Source: a virus
Strand: one strand, 5' to 3'
IMG/VR virus record: IMGVR_UViG_3300034110_001237
Coordinates: 64,001-128,000 of that record
DNA: 64,000 nt
Shown here: positions 49,785-58,046 of the stretch, one piece after another
Numbering within the stretch: the first letter of the stretch is position 1
How the letters are laid out: each line of letters starts with the position of its first letter
Position numbers and translations under genes: made by a program
The notes under the pieces: generated by a model
The model's database searches: none
Told to the model about the DNA's origin: nothing
Seen by the model: the letters and a program-made list of their open reading frames with translations, nothing else

Positions 49785-49960
49785 TGCCCTATAGTCTAAT
49801 GGATAATCATTGACAGACTGACAAATTAGTCAGAATCATTCAGGTTAAACTGAATGTGAAGTTGAAAATGGTAACTTTTCGGTTCATGCAAAACCGAAAA
49901 GGAGGACGCCACGTATGTATGTTGGTGGAGATGCAGGTTCGATTCCTGCTTAGGGTACCA
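49785..49960 (+). ncRNA. tRNA-Glu-like scaffold with ~96-nt multi-hairpin insertion in the D loop
   Basis: GCCCTA/TAGGGT-A-CCA, D stem GTCT..GGAC, CCAC/GTGG stem, GCAGG-TTCGATT-CCTGC. Confidence 0.75.
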
Positions 49961-49983
49961 ATTTAATGAATGTGGAGATTATC

Positions 49984-50196
49984 ATGATTAAGAATAACGA
50001 ATTTGCAAGTGATTATGCTAAACAACTTGTATCTAACATGACTCTTGAACAACGCCAAATGGCATTTAAACACCTTGAAAGTTTTTTTGATGAAGTTACA
50101 ATTGCAACCATGAAATATGATGCACAATACATTGGTGAAGAGCGAGCAGCGATGGACCGTGCCCTTGCTGAGTTGGATGCTAAACCTTCTGTTTAA
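49984..50196 (+). CDS. small hypothetical protein inside ncRNA island
   Basis: RBS GGAG before ATG 49984. Confidence 0.7.
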   Translation: MIKNNEFASDYAKQLVSNMTLEQRQMAFKHLESFFDEVTIATMKYDAQYIGEERAAMDRALAELDAKPSV

Positions 50197-50212
50197 TGGG
50201 ATACCTTTTTAT

Positions 50213-50265
50213 TGGTGAATACTCAATTTATTGAGGTCGTAGGCTAATCCCTTCTTCACCAGCCA
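50213..50265 (+). ncRNA. 53-nt tRNA-like RNA lacking the anticodon arm
   Basis: TGGTGAA/TTCACCA-G-CCA, TA, CTCAA-ttta-TTGAG, GTC, degenerate T arm GTAGG-CTAATC-CCTTC. Confidence 0.55.
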
Positions 50266-50268
50266 GAT

Positions 50269-50379
50269 TTGCTGTAGGCTCTTGTAGCCTGTCCGACCGG
50301 GTTGTGACCGGGCAGTACCAGACGGTACCCATTTAGGTGGAGTCAATAAGGCGTAGGTAACTGGTTCCTATTGCAGCAA
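50269..50379 (+). ncRNA. candidate multi-branched structured RNA
   Basis: TTGCTGTA/TGCAGCAA closing stem with several internal hairpins, GC-rich. Confidence 0.55.
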
Positions 50380-50470
50380 TGATATTATTAACACTATTGA
50401 GAGAATATTATGCCGACATATGAAAAAATCTGGACACGATTATAAAATGTTAACCCTAGGAGGGTAAATT

Positions 50471-50632
50471 ATGTCCAGAAGTGTAAAAGGCAGTAAAGGT
50501 TGTGGTTATGAATATTGGTCTAAACGTCCTATGTGCTATTCTTCTCCCGGTCGTTGGGCAAAGCAGAAATGCCATAGAATTGAAAGACAACATGATAAAG
50601 AGTTAATCAGAACTGAACTCAAAGATCTTTGA
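50471..50632 (+). CDS. small basic 53-aa protein (below track cutoff)
   Basis: RBS AGGAGG; MSRSVKGSKGCGYEYWSKRP...PGRWAK..CHRIER. Confidence 0.75.
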   Translation: MSRSVKGSKGCGYEYWSKRPMCYSSPGRWAKQKCHRIERQHDKELIRTELKDL

Positions 50633-50783
50633 GTGGTTCTTACAGAGCAAGACCTGCATTAAGTGAAGACTGGCAGCTTGATACGGGAATTATACCGGCC
50701 CAGCGGAATAGTGGAGCGAGAGGTGTAAACCTTGACCTTAGAAGCGATGATTTCCGGTGACTTGGTGGTGGAATTAGAACCAC
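50633..50783 (+). ncRNA. candidate structured RNA
   Basis: GTGGTTCT/AGAACCAC 8-bp closing stem, GC-rich interior, terminator follows. Confidence 0.5.
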
Positions 50784-50800
50784 ATAGTACATAGTACGGG

Positions 50801-50828
50801 AAAAGACTTCTTATGAAGTCTTTTTTTT
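50801..50828 (+). terminator. bidirectional intrinsic terminator closing the ncRNA island
   Basis: AAAAGACTTC-ttat-GAAGTCTTTT TTTT. Confidence 0.8.
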
Positions 50829-50844
50829 ATTCTTTTTTAAGCTG

Positions 50845-51477
50845 TTACATTTTTAAGCGTCTTTTTGTTTCTAGTTTTGGTTTTGGCGTTTCTCTATTTG
50901 CTGCCAAATTAATCCATTGAGTGTCTTCTCTACCTTGTTTATCTATACTATGAGATAATTTTACATTTCCAAAAAGTTTTGATTCGTCAATTATTTTTGT
51001 TAATTCTGGTATGGTATAATAACTGAAAAATCTTCCTTTTGGATCGCTTGATTCACCTTCACCTGCCTTAAAGCTTGCATATATTTTTGCCCCTTCTCGC
51101 ATGCTTTCAGCAATATTTTTTAAAGCATCTTTTAATTCATTTTTGTTCAAATGAAGTAATGAAGCCATACACCAGACACCATCAAATTCATTTTTCCAAT
51201 TTATTTCTGAAAATGTTTTATTTTCAACAACAACACCAGAATTGTGTTTAGCAATTTCAACCAATTCTTTTGAGGCATCTATACCTTGCACATTAAATCC
51301 TAAATTTTTGAACGCCAGTAAATCACGACCTGAACCGCAACCCGCATCCAATATTTTTGCACCTACTGGTAAGTTCTTTGTAAATTCCTTGTGAAGATCG
51401 GAAATGTCCAAGTTTATAGTGCTTTGAGCGTACTCATCAGCATTCTTATTGTAATAATCTATCGTCTCTTTATTCAT
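50845..51477 (-). CDS. class I SAM-dependent methyltransferase
   Basis: ILDAGCGSGRD, GIDAS, FDGVWCMASLLH, YASFK.GEGE. Confidence 0.9.
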   Translation of the reverse strand: MNKETIDYYNKNADEYAQSTINLDISDLHKEFTKNLPVGAKILDAGCGSGRDLLAFKNLGFNVQGIDASKELVEIAKHNSGVVVENKTFSEINWKNEFDGVWCMASLLHLNKNELKDALKNIAESMREGAKIYASFKAGEGESSDPKGRFFSYYTIPELTKIIDESKLFGNVKLSHSIDKQGREDTQWINLAANRETPKPKLETKRRLKM

Positions 51478-51583
51478 AATATTCTTTTCTGTTGATTATT
51501 TACATTGTACCACATTTTTTTGTTGTTTAAAGCTTGAAGAAGTGCTATAATCTTTCCATACAAACACACAAAGGTGCTTTACC

Positions 51584-51850
51584 ATGATCAGTGAACGAGT
51601 TTCGGTTAATAACTATGTTGTTCGTTTCTACACCAAAGTAGAAGACGCCCGTGATGCGGCTAAATACGAACATATGCAAGTCTGCCAGTATGGTAAAGAT
51701 AATCGGTTTATCATCACACCAAACAAAGATGCTGAGCACCCTGAGTTGATTGATACCACTGGCGTTATTTTCAGTAAGCGTTCGCAGGAAAATGACAGCA
51801 CTGTTAAGGTTTGGGTGACTGAGTTTGTGGCTGAACTCACCGTTGTCTAA
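51584..51850 (+). CDS. small hypothetical protein
   Basis: TGCTATAAT, RBS AAGGTG, 88 aa. Confidence 0.75.
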   Translation: MISERVSVNNYVVRFYTKVEDARDAAKYEHMQVCQYGKDNRFIITPNKDAEHPELIDTTGVIFSKRSQENDSTVKVWVTEFVAELTVV

Positions 51851-52051
51851 GTAAGAACTGCTGGGGAGCAGCGTAAGACCATTAGGAGCAGTTGTAACAA
51901 CCTCGCACATGAGAATGTCCGAGGTTTTTTGTTATCTATCAAAAAAAATAGATGACACATTTAAAGAGCCGACGAATGGCTCTTTTTTTGTTTAACTCTT
52001 TCATTTTTTACAATTTAAGCTATAATGGAGGTGCAAACTAAGGAGCTTACT

Positions 52052-52735
52052 ATGTTTAAACTAATGTGTATTGTATTTTCTGGCTTATTGATGACTGGGT
52101 GTGCTATTAACAACATTGGTAACACAGTGAATCGAAAAATGGATAATTATTCAATTATTGACACCATTACGGAACCACAAAACAAGCTGGATTACATTCG
52201 TTTTGAATCACGTAAAACGGAAGCTGCAGACACCTATTTCTCAGTATCGAGTGGTGTTCAGTGGAATGATGATTATGTAGTGGCTTTAAAAACCACTGAA
52301 AGTGCAAATGATAAGTTTGCTTGTCTTAATGAATGTGGTGTTGTGTTTATTAAGAAACATAAACAAGAACCAGTACCGGAATGGCGTCATCGTATCAGTA
52401 ATGAACCTGTCATTTTGCTGGGGGCTTCTGATAATATTGATGAAACCTTTGTTTATAAATCAATGGATATAGATGTTTCTGCTATCAGTGCAGACATAAC
52501 ACCATATCCAGTATATGCGGTACCAACCACCATTGTAGAAAATAATGCAGAAGGTGGCCCAGTCTATGGCACTGATGGTAAAGTGATTGGTATCATTTCT
52601 GGTTTTGTGAATACTGTTGATGATACAGGTGAACGTTTGACTTATCTGGATGGTTTTGATTCTGGTTATTTTGCTTTGTATATTCCTTACAGTGAATTGA
52701 TTAGAGCTTGGGATTTAGTCAAGCCAACTAAGTAA
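52052..52735 (+). CDS. trypsin-fold lipoprotein, catalytically degenerate
   Basis: Lipobox MTGC; SGVQWN.DYVV; no catalytic His; NAEGGPV instead of GMSGGP. Confidence 0.8.
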   Translation: MFKLMCIVFSGLLMTGCAINNIGNTVNRKMDNYSIIDTITEPQNKLDYIRFESRKTEAADTYFSVSSGVQWNDDYVVALKTTESANDKFACLNECGVVFIKKHKQEPVPEWRHRISNEPVILLGASDNIDETFVYKSMDIDVSAISADITPYPVYAVPTTIVENNAEGGPVYGTDGKVIGIISGFVNTVDDTGERLTYLDGFDSGYFALYIPYSELIRAWDLVKPTK

Positions 52736-52836
52736 ATATATTCTTATTAATATTAAGGACTTTTTAGTCCTTTTTTGTTGCTTAAAACTCAATAATTTGG
52801 TATAATAGCACTTCACTATTCCATCGAGTAAAATCA

Positions 52837-53562
52837 ATGTTTAGACACGTCATTCTTGTTGCCATTACAAGCCTTATTATAGGTTGTTCGTTTAATGCTT
52901 CCAATTATGAAGCAGAGCAAGCTAAACAGCCTGTTAATGGTCTTAAAAACTACAATGTGGTTCAAGACGCCAGTGTCAACATGGGTGGACGCGATTTGAC
53001 TTTCGTTACCTTTGAAAAAATGGTTGAAGTTCATATTGTTCAAAATGGTAAAACCATCACCGATACACAATCTCAGTATGGCAGCGGTGTTCAATGGAAT
53101 GAAGATTATGTGGTGACAACTAAAACTGTCAATTTTGTAGATAGGTCTGATCAGCCATGTATCAAAGATTGTGAAATTCAATTTATCAAACGAAAAGCAA
53201 CCGCTCCAGTTCCTGATTGGCGTTCTCATGTTGCCAATGAACGAATCACCTTTGTGGGAATTGAAAGCGAAGCTCGTTTTCGTGCTGAATTTGGTATGGA
53301 TTTGAACGTTAAGACCTATACCGAAACCAACACAAGCACATTGTTCAATATAGCAGACAATCAAATTGTTAATAGCATGTCAGGTGGGCCAGCTTATGGT
53401 CTGGATGGTAAAGTGGTTGGCATCTTGACGGGTTCTACTGAGACAGCTAACCTCCGTAATTCAAATAATCGTAATTTGAGTAGCCGTGGCGAACGTTTGT
53501 CAGTCTATCTGTCCTATGAAGATGTGCAGAAAGAATGGGTTAAGTTTCAACAATCGCATTAA
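52837..53562 (+). CDS. trypsin-fold lipoprotein, catalytic His missing
   Basis: Lipobox IIGC; GSGVQWNEDYVVTTKT; SMSGGPAY. Confidence 0.8.
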   Translation: MFRHVILVAITSLIIGCSFNASNYEAEQAKQPVNGLKNYNVVQDASVNMGGRDLTFVTFEKMVEVHIVQNGKTITDTQSQYGSGVQWNEDYVVTTKTVNFVDRSDQPCIKDCEIQFIKRKATAPVPDWRSHVANERITFVGIESEARFRAEFGMDLNVKTYTETNTSTLFNIADNQIVNSMSGGPAYGLDGKVVGILTGSTETANLRNSNNRNLSSRGERLSVYLSYEDVQKEWVKFQQSH

Positions 53563-53586
53563 TTATTTTAATATTAGGAGAATACA

Positions 53587-53796
53587 ATGGAAGCAAAACT
53601 TAAAGAATTTCAAGTAATGACTGAACGTTTTCGTATATTGGAAACTGAAATCCTGACTGCCATTCAAACCGTAGGTAAAGCAAAAGGCTTTAACTGGCCG
53701 ATTCATGCTATTTCGAATTTGTTTGTGGGTGATAACTATGTTTCATTTAAAGTCAACGGCCTTCCAAAACGTCTTGAAATGCACGAAGTCGTTTAA
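53587..53796 (+). CDS. small hypothetical protein
   Basis: RBS AGGAG, 69 aa. Confidence 0.7.
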   Translation: MEAKLKEFQVMTERFRILETEILTAIQTVGKAKGFNWPIHAISNLFVGDNYVSFKVNGLPKRLEMHEVV

Positions 53797-53972
53797 TATT
53801 AATCATTTTAATTAAATGTTTTGACCATGAAAAATATTATCACACATCATTTAAAGCAATATCAACATAGATAAAAAAAACAAACCCCATTGTTCTCAGT
53901 GGGTTTTTTGTTGTTTTAATAAATAAAATAGTGTATAATCCATCTATTAAATTTAATGAAGGTCAAAAAATT

Positions 53973-54509
53973 ATGAAAAACAGTTTTCGCATTCTTCTGT
54001 CAATTTTGGCAATCACTTCAACAATGGTTTCAGCGGATGAAACTTTTGAAAAAGTTCGTCAGCTTGATAAATTCAGCTATCATGGCGTTGGCTTCAAGTC
54101 GAGTAAAGCAGATTTGGAAGGTCAACGATTCACCTGTAATCAAATGCGTTGCTCTCGTAATGAAAAAGACACTCAGATTGATGTCGTGTTTACTGGTGAT
54201 CAAATTCAAAAAATTGACGCACGAACACGATACAATAGCCGTATTGATTGTCTTGACAATCAGAAAGAAATTAAAAACTTTTTGGCAGACACCTATGATT
54301 TTGAATATGTCAATCAAGACTACAAAGTGCTTGGCATGAATGTTAAGAGTGAGGATTTGGGTGGTAACATTAAAACGAAGGATGGTTCTATTTGGGTGAA
54401 TGTCTCTTGCATGAATGATCCTAAGATCAATATGAGCTATGTCAGCACTCGTTTTGACCTAAAAGATATTTCCTACCAGAACTTTAAGGACGCCTTCAAA
54501 TATGAATAA
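53973..54509 (+). CDS. secreted Cys-containing protein
   Basis: Signal peptide MKNSFRILLSILAITSTMVSA; four Cys. Confidence 0.8.
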   Translation: MKNSFRILLSILAITSTMVSADETFEKVRQLDKFSYHGVGFKSSKADLEGQRFTCNQMRCSRNEKDTQIDVVFTGDQIQKIDARTRYNSRIDCLDNQKEIKNFLADTYDFEYVNQDYKVLGMNVKSEDLGGNIKTKDGSIWVNVSCMNDPKINMSYVSTRFDLKDISYQNFKDAFKYE

Positions 54510-55041
54510 AATTGTTAGCAATGGTTCAGTGCATCATCTAATTGATTTGAAATCAAGGGAAGCTATGCACCTTTATTACGGTTTAAAAAACAGGTTTGAA
54601 TACACTGTCGAGAATCGTGAAGAAGTCATTAAAACCATTGCTGATGATATTCGTTCTTTTATCTTGCAGTATGACTTTGTGGTGTATCCAGAAAGCAGTG
54701 CATCGTTTATCAGTGATGTATTATCTCAGATTAATATTCCACAATACCAAGTGGTCAAAAATTCAATTGATAATGTGAGGAAATTCTCTAACACGCTCAA
54801 TTTGCAAAAGAAAGAACGTGAAAGCCATGAGGAACGTTTTGCTCTTATGGGGCCAAAGTTTAAAATCAACCAGATGAAATCAACACAACGTGTAAAATAC
54901 GAAAATGTTATTTTTGACAAGATTGAATTACCATCCGGTCGAGGTCTTGTAGTTGATGATAGTCATTTCTCAGGGACTACATACAGAGCATTAGTCAGCG
55001 TGACAGGTGTTGATGAATTCTTGGCTATATTTTCAAAATGA
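54502..55041 (+). CDS. phosphoribosyltransferase-fold protein
   Basis: VVYPESS and PRPP loop LVVDDSHFSGTT. Confidence 0.75.
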   Translation: MNKIVSNGSVHHLIDLKSREAMHLYYGLKNRFEYTVENREEVIKTIADDIRSFILQYDFVVYPESSASFISDVLSQINIPQYQVVKNSIDNVRKFSNTLNLQKKERESHEERFALMGPKFKINQMKSTQRVKYENVIFDKIELPSGRGLVVDDSHFSGTTYRALVSVTGVDEFLAIFSK

Positions 55042-55130
55042 TAAAACACTATAATATCAATTTAACCTCCATTTGACAGTATTTTTAAGTAGTGATAGCA
55101 TGATATTAATATAATATTAGAAGTATAATC

Positions 55131-55724
55131 ATGACTAAGTTTCTGTGTTTTTCTGCTTTAATGGCTTTCATAGTATTTCCATCAGTTCATGCTGAATATA
55201 GAATGGTAGTCGGTCTTGAAGGGACTTCTGGTGGTAGTCTTCCAAAAAATTCGATTGTTTTTACAAACACAGGCACTGTTCCCACTCAACCAGAAGGTGA
55301 TGATTATTCTATTTTTGGTAGCTATGCGGCGGTTGCACGAGCAATTGTCGCTGAGAAAAATCCTGTCACTGTTATGACGTATGAAAACGTTCGAGATGTT
55401 TTTAATGCTGGTTACAATTTAAACGATTATCGCACGCTGCAGATGGATGGTTATGGATATGGTTTGTTAGCGACTTATGTATGGTCTACTGATTTTACAT
55501 TGAGTAATCTTATTTCTTTACACAATGAAGGATATAATTTGTTAACGGTGGCTCAAGCTGGGAACTATATGTTCGCTGTATACAATATTCCTACCAATAT
55601 TGGTATTCATAAGATTACAGAAAGCTATAAGGCCAGTTGTTTTCCTTCTTTAGTTTCTGTTTTCCCTCAAATAGATATTTCCCAATGGGACGCTTATGCT
55701 GGACAACAAAACTGTTTAAAATAA
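55131..55724 (+). CDS. secreted protein, A(D/E)Y N-terminal family
   Basis: Signal peptide, AEYRMVVGLEG..GG.LP.NSIVF, Pro/Thr linker. Confidence 0.8.
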   Translation: MTKFLCFSALMAFIVFPSVHAEYRMVVGLEGTSGGSLPKNSIVFTNTGTVPTQPEGDDYSIFGSYAAVARAIVAEKNPVTVMTYENVRDVFNAGYNLNDYRTLQMDGYGYGLLATYVWSTDFTLSNLISLHNEGYNLLTVAQAGNYMFAVYNIPTNIGIHKITESYKASCFPSLVSVFPQIDISQWDAYAGQQNCLK

Positions 55725-55769
55725 TCTAGGTATGTGGTATAATAGCTTACACTTACAGAGGATGATGAT

Positions 55770-55920
55770 TATGTTGAAATGTCTTTTTGGTTTGAACTGC
55801 AATATGGTTTATTTTAAAGATGTTGTGATTAGTCATGGGATCTTGGATGGTAGCACTGTCATGTCTGTTTACAAATGCACGGTCTGCAATCGAGAAAAAA
55901 ACGAAGAATATTCACGTTAA
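55770..55920 (+). CDS. small zinc-ribbon protein
   Basis: RBS GAGGA; LKCLFG..C...CTVC; start approximate. Confidence 0.6.
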
Positions 55921-55956
55921 AAAAAGGTAGCCTAGGCTACCTTCTTTATTTTATTG

Positions 55957-56259
55957 TTACTCTTTTTTCATGTCTTCGACATTATCTCTGAGATAACTCT
56001 CTTTTCTGCTGGCTTTTAATTCATCCCATTTTTTGTTTTGCTCTGGGGTGAGTACGCCTTGTATGTCTTTATCTTCTGCGAGACGGTGTTTTTCATGAAT
56101 GTCTCTTAATTGTGTTTTTTGTGTATCGTTAAGTTTTAAATCTTGATAATACTTACCAAAGAATCCTTCAAACCAGTTGTCATTTGTACTTGGGCCAGCG
56201 AAAGCAACTGATGATGTAAGTAATGCAGCTCCCATAATTGCGATTAATGATTTGTTCAT
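55957..56259 (-). CDS. Spy/CpxP-like periplasmic protein
   Basis: Signal peptide; LNDTQK.QL and VLTPEQ.KKW LTxxQ motifs. Confidence 0.75.
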   Translation of the reverse strand: MNKSLIAIMGAALLTSSVAFAGPSTNDNWFEGFFGKYYQDLKLNDTQKTQLRDIHEKHRLAEDKDIQGVLTPEQNKKWDELKASRKESYLRDNVEDMKKE

Positions 56260-56428
56260 AAAACATCCTCCTAATTATTGGTCTTACTAATATTAGCATA
56301 GAAAAACCAAAAGTCAATAGCAACCATTCGCATTTACTTGTCTCTATTTCCTTTTAAACATGTAAAAACGTTTAACTTTTCCATATTCTTTGGTATAATA
56401 CAAACACTTAAAATAGTGGAGAAAAAAT

Positions 56429-56755
56429 ATGGTCAGTTTCTTGAAATACGCATTCACCATTAAACCAGAGTTCGTTCCAGATCTGAAAGAAGCCTTGGTT
56501 GAATTTGAGTGGATGTCTAATTTTGTTTCGGTTGATGATACGGGTGTTGTTTCTTTATTTGACGTTCAAGATGGCCTTACAGAAGATGCTATTACGCAAG
56601 TTATGGGTTCGTTGTCACCAGAAGGTGTTGCCAGCATTCAATGTGATATCATTTCTTGCGAGTTCAATCAAGTAGTTCGTTGCCGTGTTAAAAATGGTCG
56701 AGTTGTCAAAAATTATGCTTGCGATTTTGTTTGGAGTGCTACTGAGCAAGTTTGA
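56429..56755 (+). CDS. hypothetical protein
   Basis: TGGTATAAT, RBS GGAG. Confidence 0.75.
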   Translation: MVSFLKYAFTIKPEFVPDLKEALVEFEWMSNFVSVDDTGVVSLFDVQDGLTEDAITQVMGSLSPEGVASIQCDIISCEFNQVVRCRVKNGRVVKNYACDFVWSATEQV

Positions 56756-56860
56756 TATTAATTTCTTAAATCCTCGAATACAAAACACTCTTCGGAGTGT
56801 TTTTCTATTGCAAAAACAAATTGATATGATATTTTATTGATTTAAAATGAGGATTTTTTA

Positions 56861-57229
56861 ATGGCGTTAATATTATACAGCAATGGTGAAGCTTCATTCA
56901 TCAAGAAAGACATTAATCCAGATTATTTTGATGACAGTGGTCGATTAAATATTGAGTATGTACAGTTCACATTGGATTCAGAAGACATCCATACCATCTT
57001 CATAGATGATCCAGAAACTGTTTTGACCATTGGTGAAGGTGAGTTTCAAGGCCATTACACCATGTTCCTTTACAACAGTGAGGCTGAATTTAAAAAATTA
57101 CCTGTCAATGAATTTATGACTGATGTTGCATTGCAAGTGGGAATGATACCTCCTGACACTAATATCAGAGGCACTGTCATTTGTTTGGAAATTGATGAGC
57201 TAGGTATGCCAGACATGTCTGAGACATGA
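56861..57229 (+). CDS. DUF3846-like protein, paralog of 57301
   Basis: MAL....G.A, F.D.GR.N, LP.N.F.T, I.G.V pattern. Confidence 0.7.
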   Translation: MALILYSNGEASFIKKDINPDYFDDSGRLNIEYVQFTLDSEDIHTIFIDDPETVLTIGEGEFQGHYTMFLYNSEAEFKKLPVNEFMTDVALQVGMIPPDTNIRGTVICLEIDELGMPDMSET

Positions 57230-57300
57230 TAAATTGTCTATTGTTTATTGAATTAACTTTACATCATGTTAATCTTTAATTAACAACATGGAGTTATTCA

Positions 57301-57645
57301 ATGGCATTAGTCATTTTTGAGGATGGCACAGCGAACAGTGCAAATGCAGTAGATCAACCAGAATTTTATGATGAACTAGGTAGGCCCAACACCATGTTCA
57401 TGCAAAGTGTTTTAGAAACAACCAACATAGGAGCTATCTATTTTGAAGATCCAGAAGATGTCATTAGTTATAAAGGTGTTGATTATTCGTTAATTCTTGT
57501 CGATAACGATGCAGAAGACAAAGGGCTTTCTGTCAACAAATTTGCTACTGAAGTCACTCGACGCATGGGATTGATTGAAGATGATGAAGTCCTTAAAGGA
57601 GCTGTTATGTTTGTGGCAGTTACAGAATTAGGGTCAATGGAATAA
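57301..57645 (+). CDS. DUF3846-like protein, paralog of 56861
   Basis: LVDNDAE.KGL.VNKFAT...LKGAV. Confidence 0.7.
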   Translation: MALVIFEDGTANSANAVDQPEFYDELGRPNTMFMQSVLETTNIGAIYFEDPEDVISYKGVDYSLILVDNDAEDKGLSVNKFATEVTRRMGLIEDDEVLKGAVMFVAVTELGSME

Positions 57646-57660
57646 TTTTTTTAATAGGAG

Positions 57661-57921
57661 ATGTATATGAGTGTATTTAAGATTGAAGCTGATGGTAAGA
57701 TGCATGTGTTTAATTTGGTAAAATTTAACTTGTATGACAATCGTGGTAATGGCTACGTACTACAAACCGATCAGGCAAAAAATTTATCTGTTTTAACTGT
57801 TGGTCAGAGTATTGACAGGTTAGATATTTTAGAAGGCGTTGGTCAAGTTGCTCGTGGACTTATTGTTAAAGAAATAAATGATACAATACTAACACTTGTT
57901 CATCATTATGTTTTAAAATAA
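57661..57921 (+). CDS. small hypothetical protein
   Basis: RBS AGGAG, 86 aa. Confidence 0.7.
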   Translation: MYMSVFKIEADGKMHVFNLVKFNLYDNRGNGYVLQTDQAKNLSVLTVGQSIDRLDILEGVGQVARGLIVKEINDTILTLVHHYVLK

Positions 57922-58046
57922 AAAATCATTAATGACAGCTTTTAATAAAAAGACCTTTCTGGTCTTTTTTACTTTAAATATAACATTATTTGACAATGAT
58001 TTGACTTGCATTATAATATGAGTATATAACAGTTATTGTGGCTATC

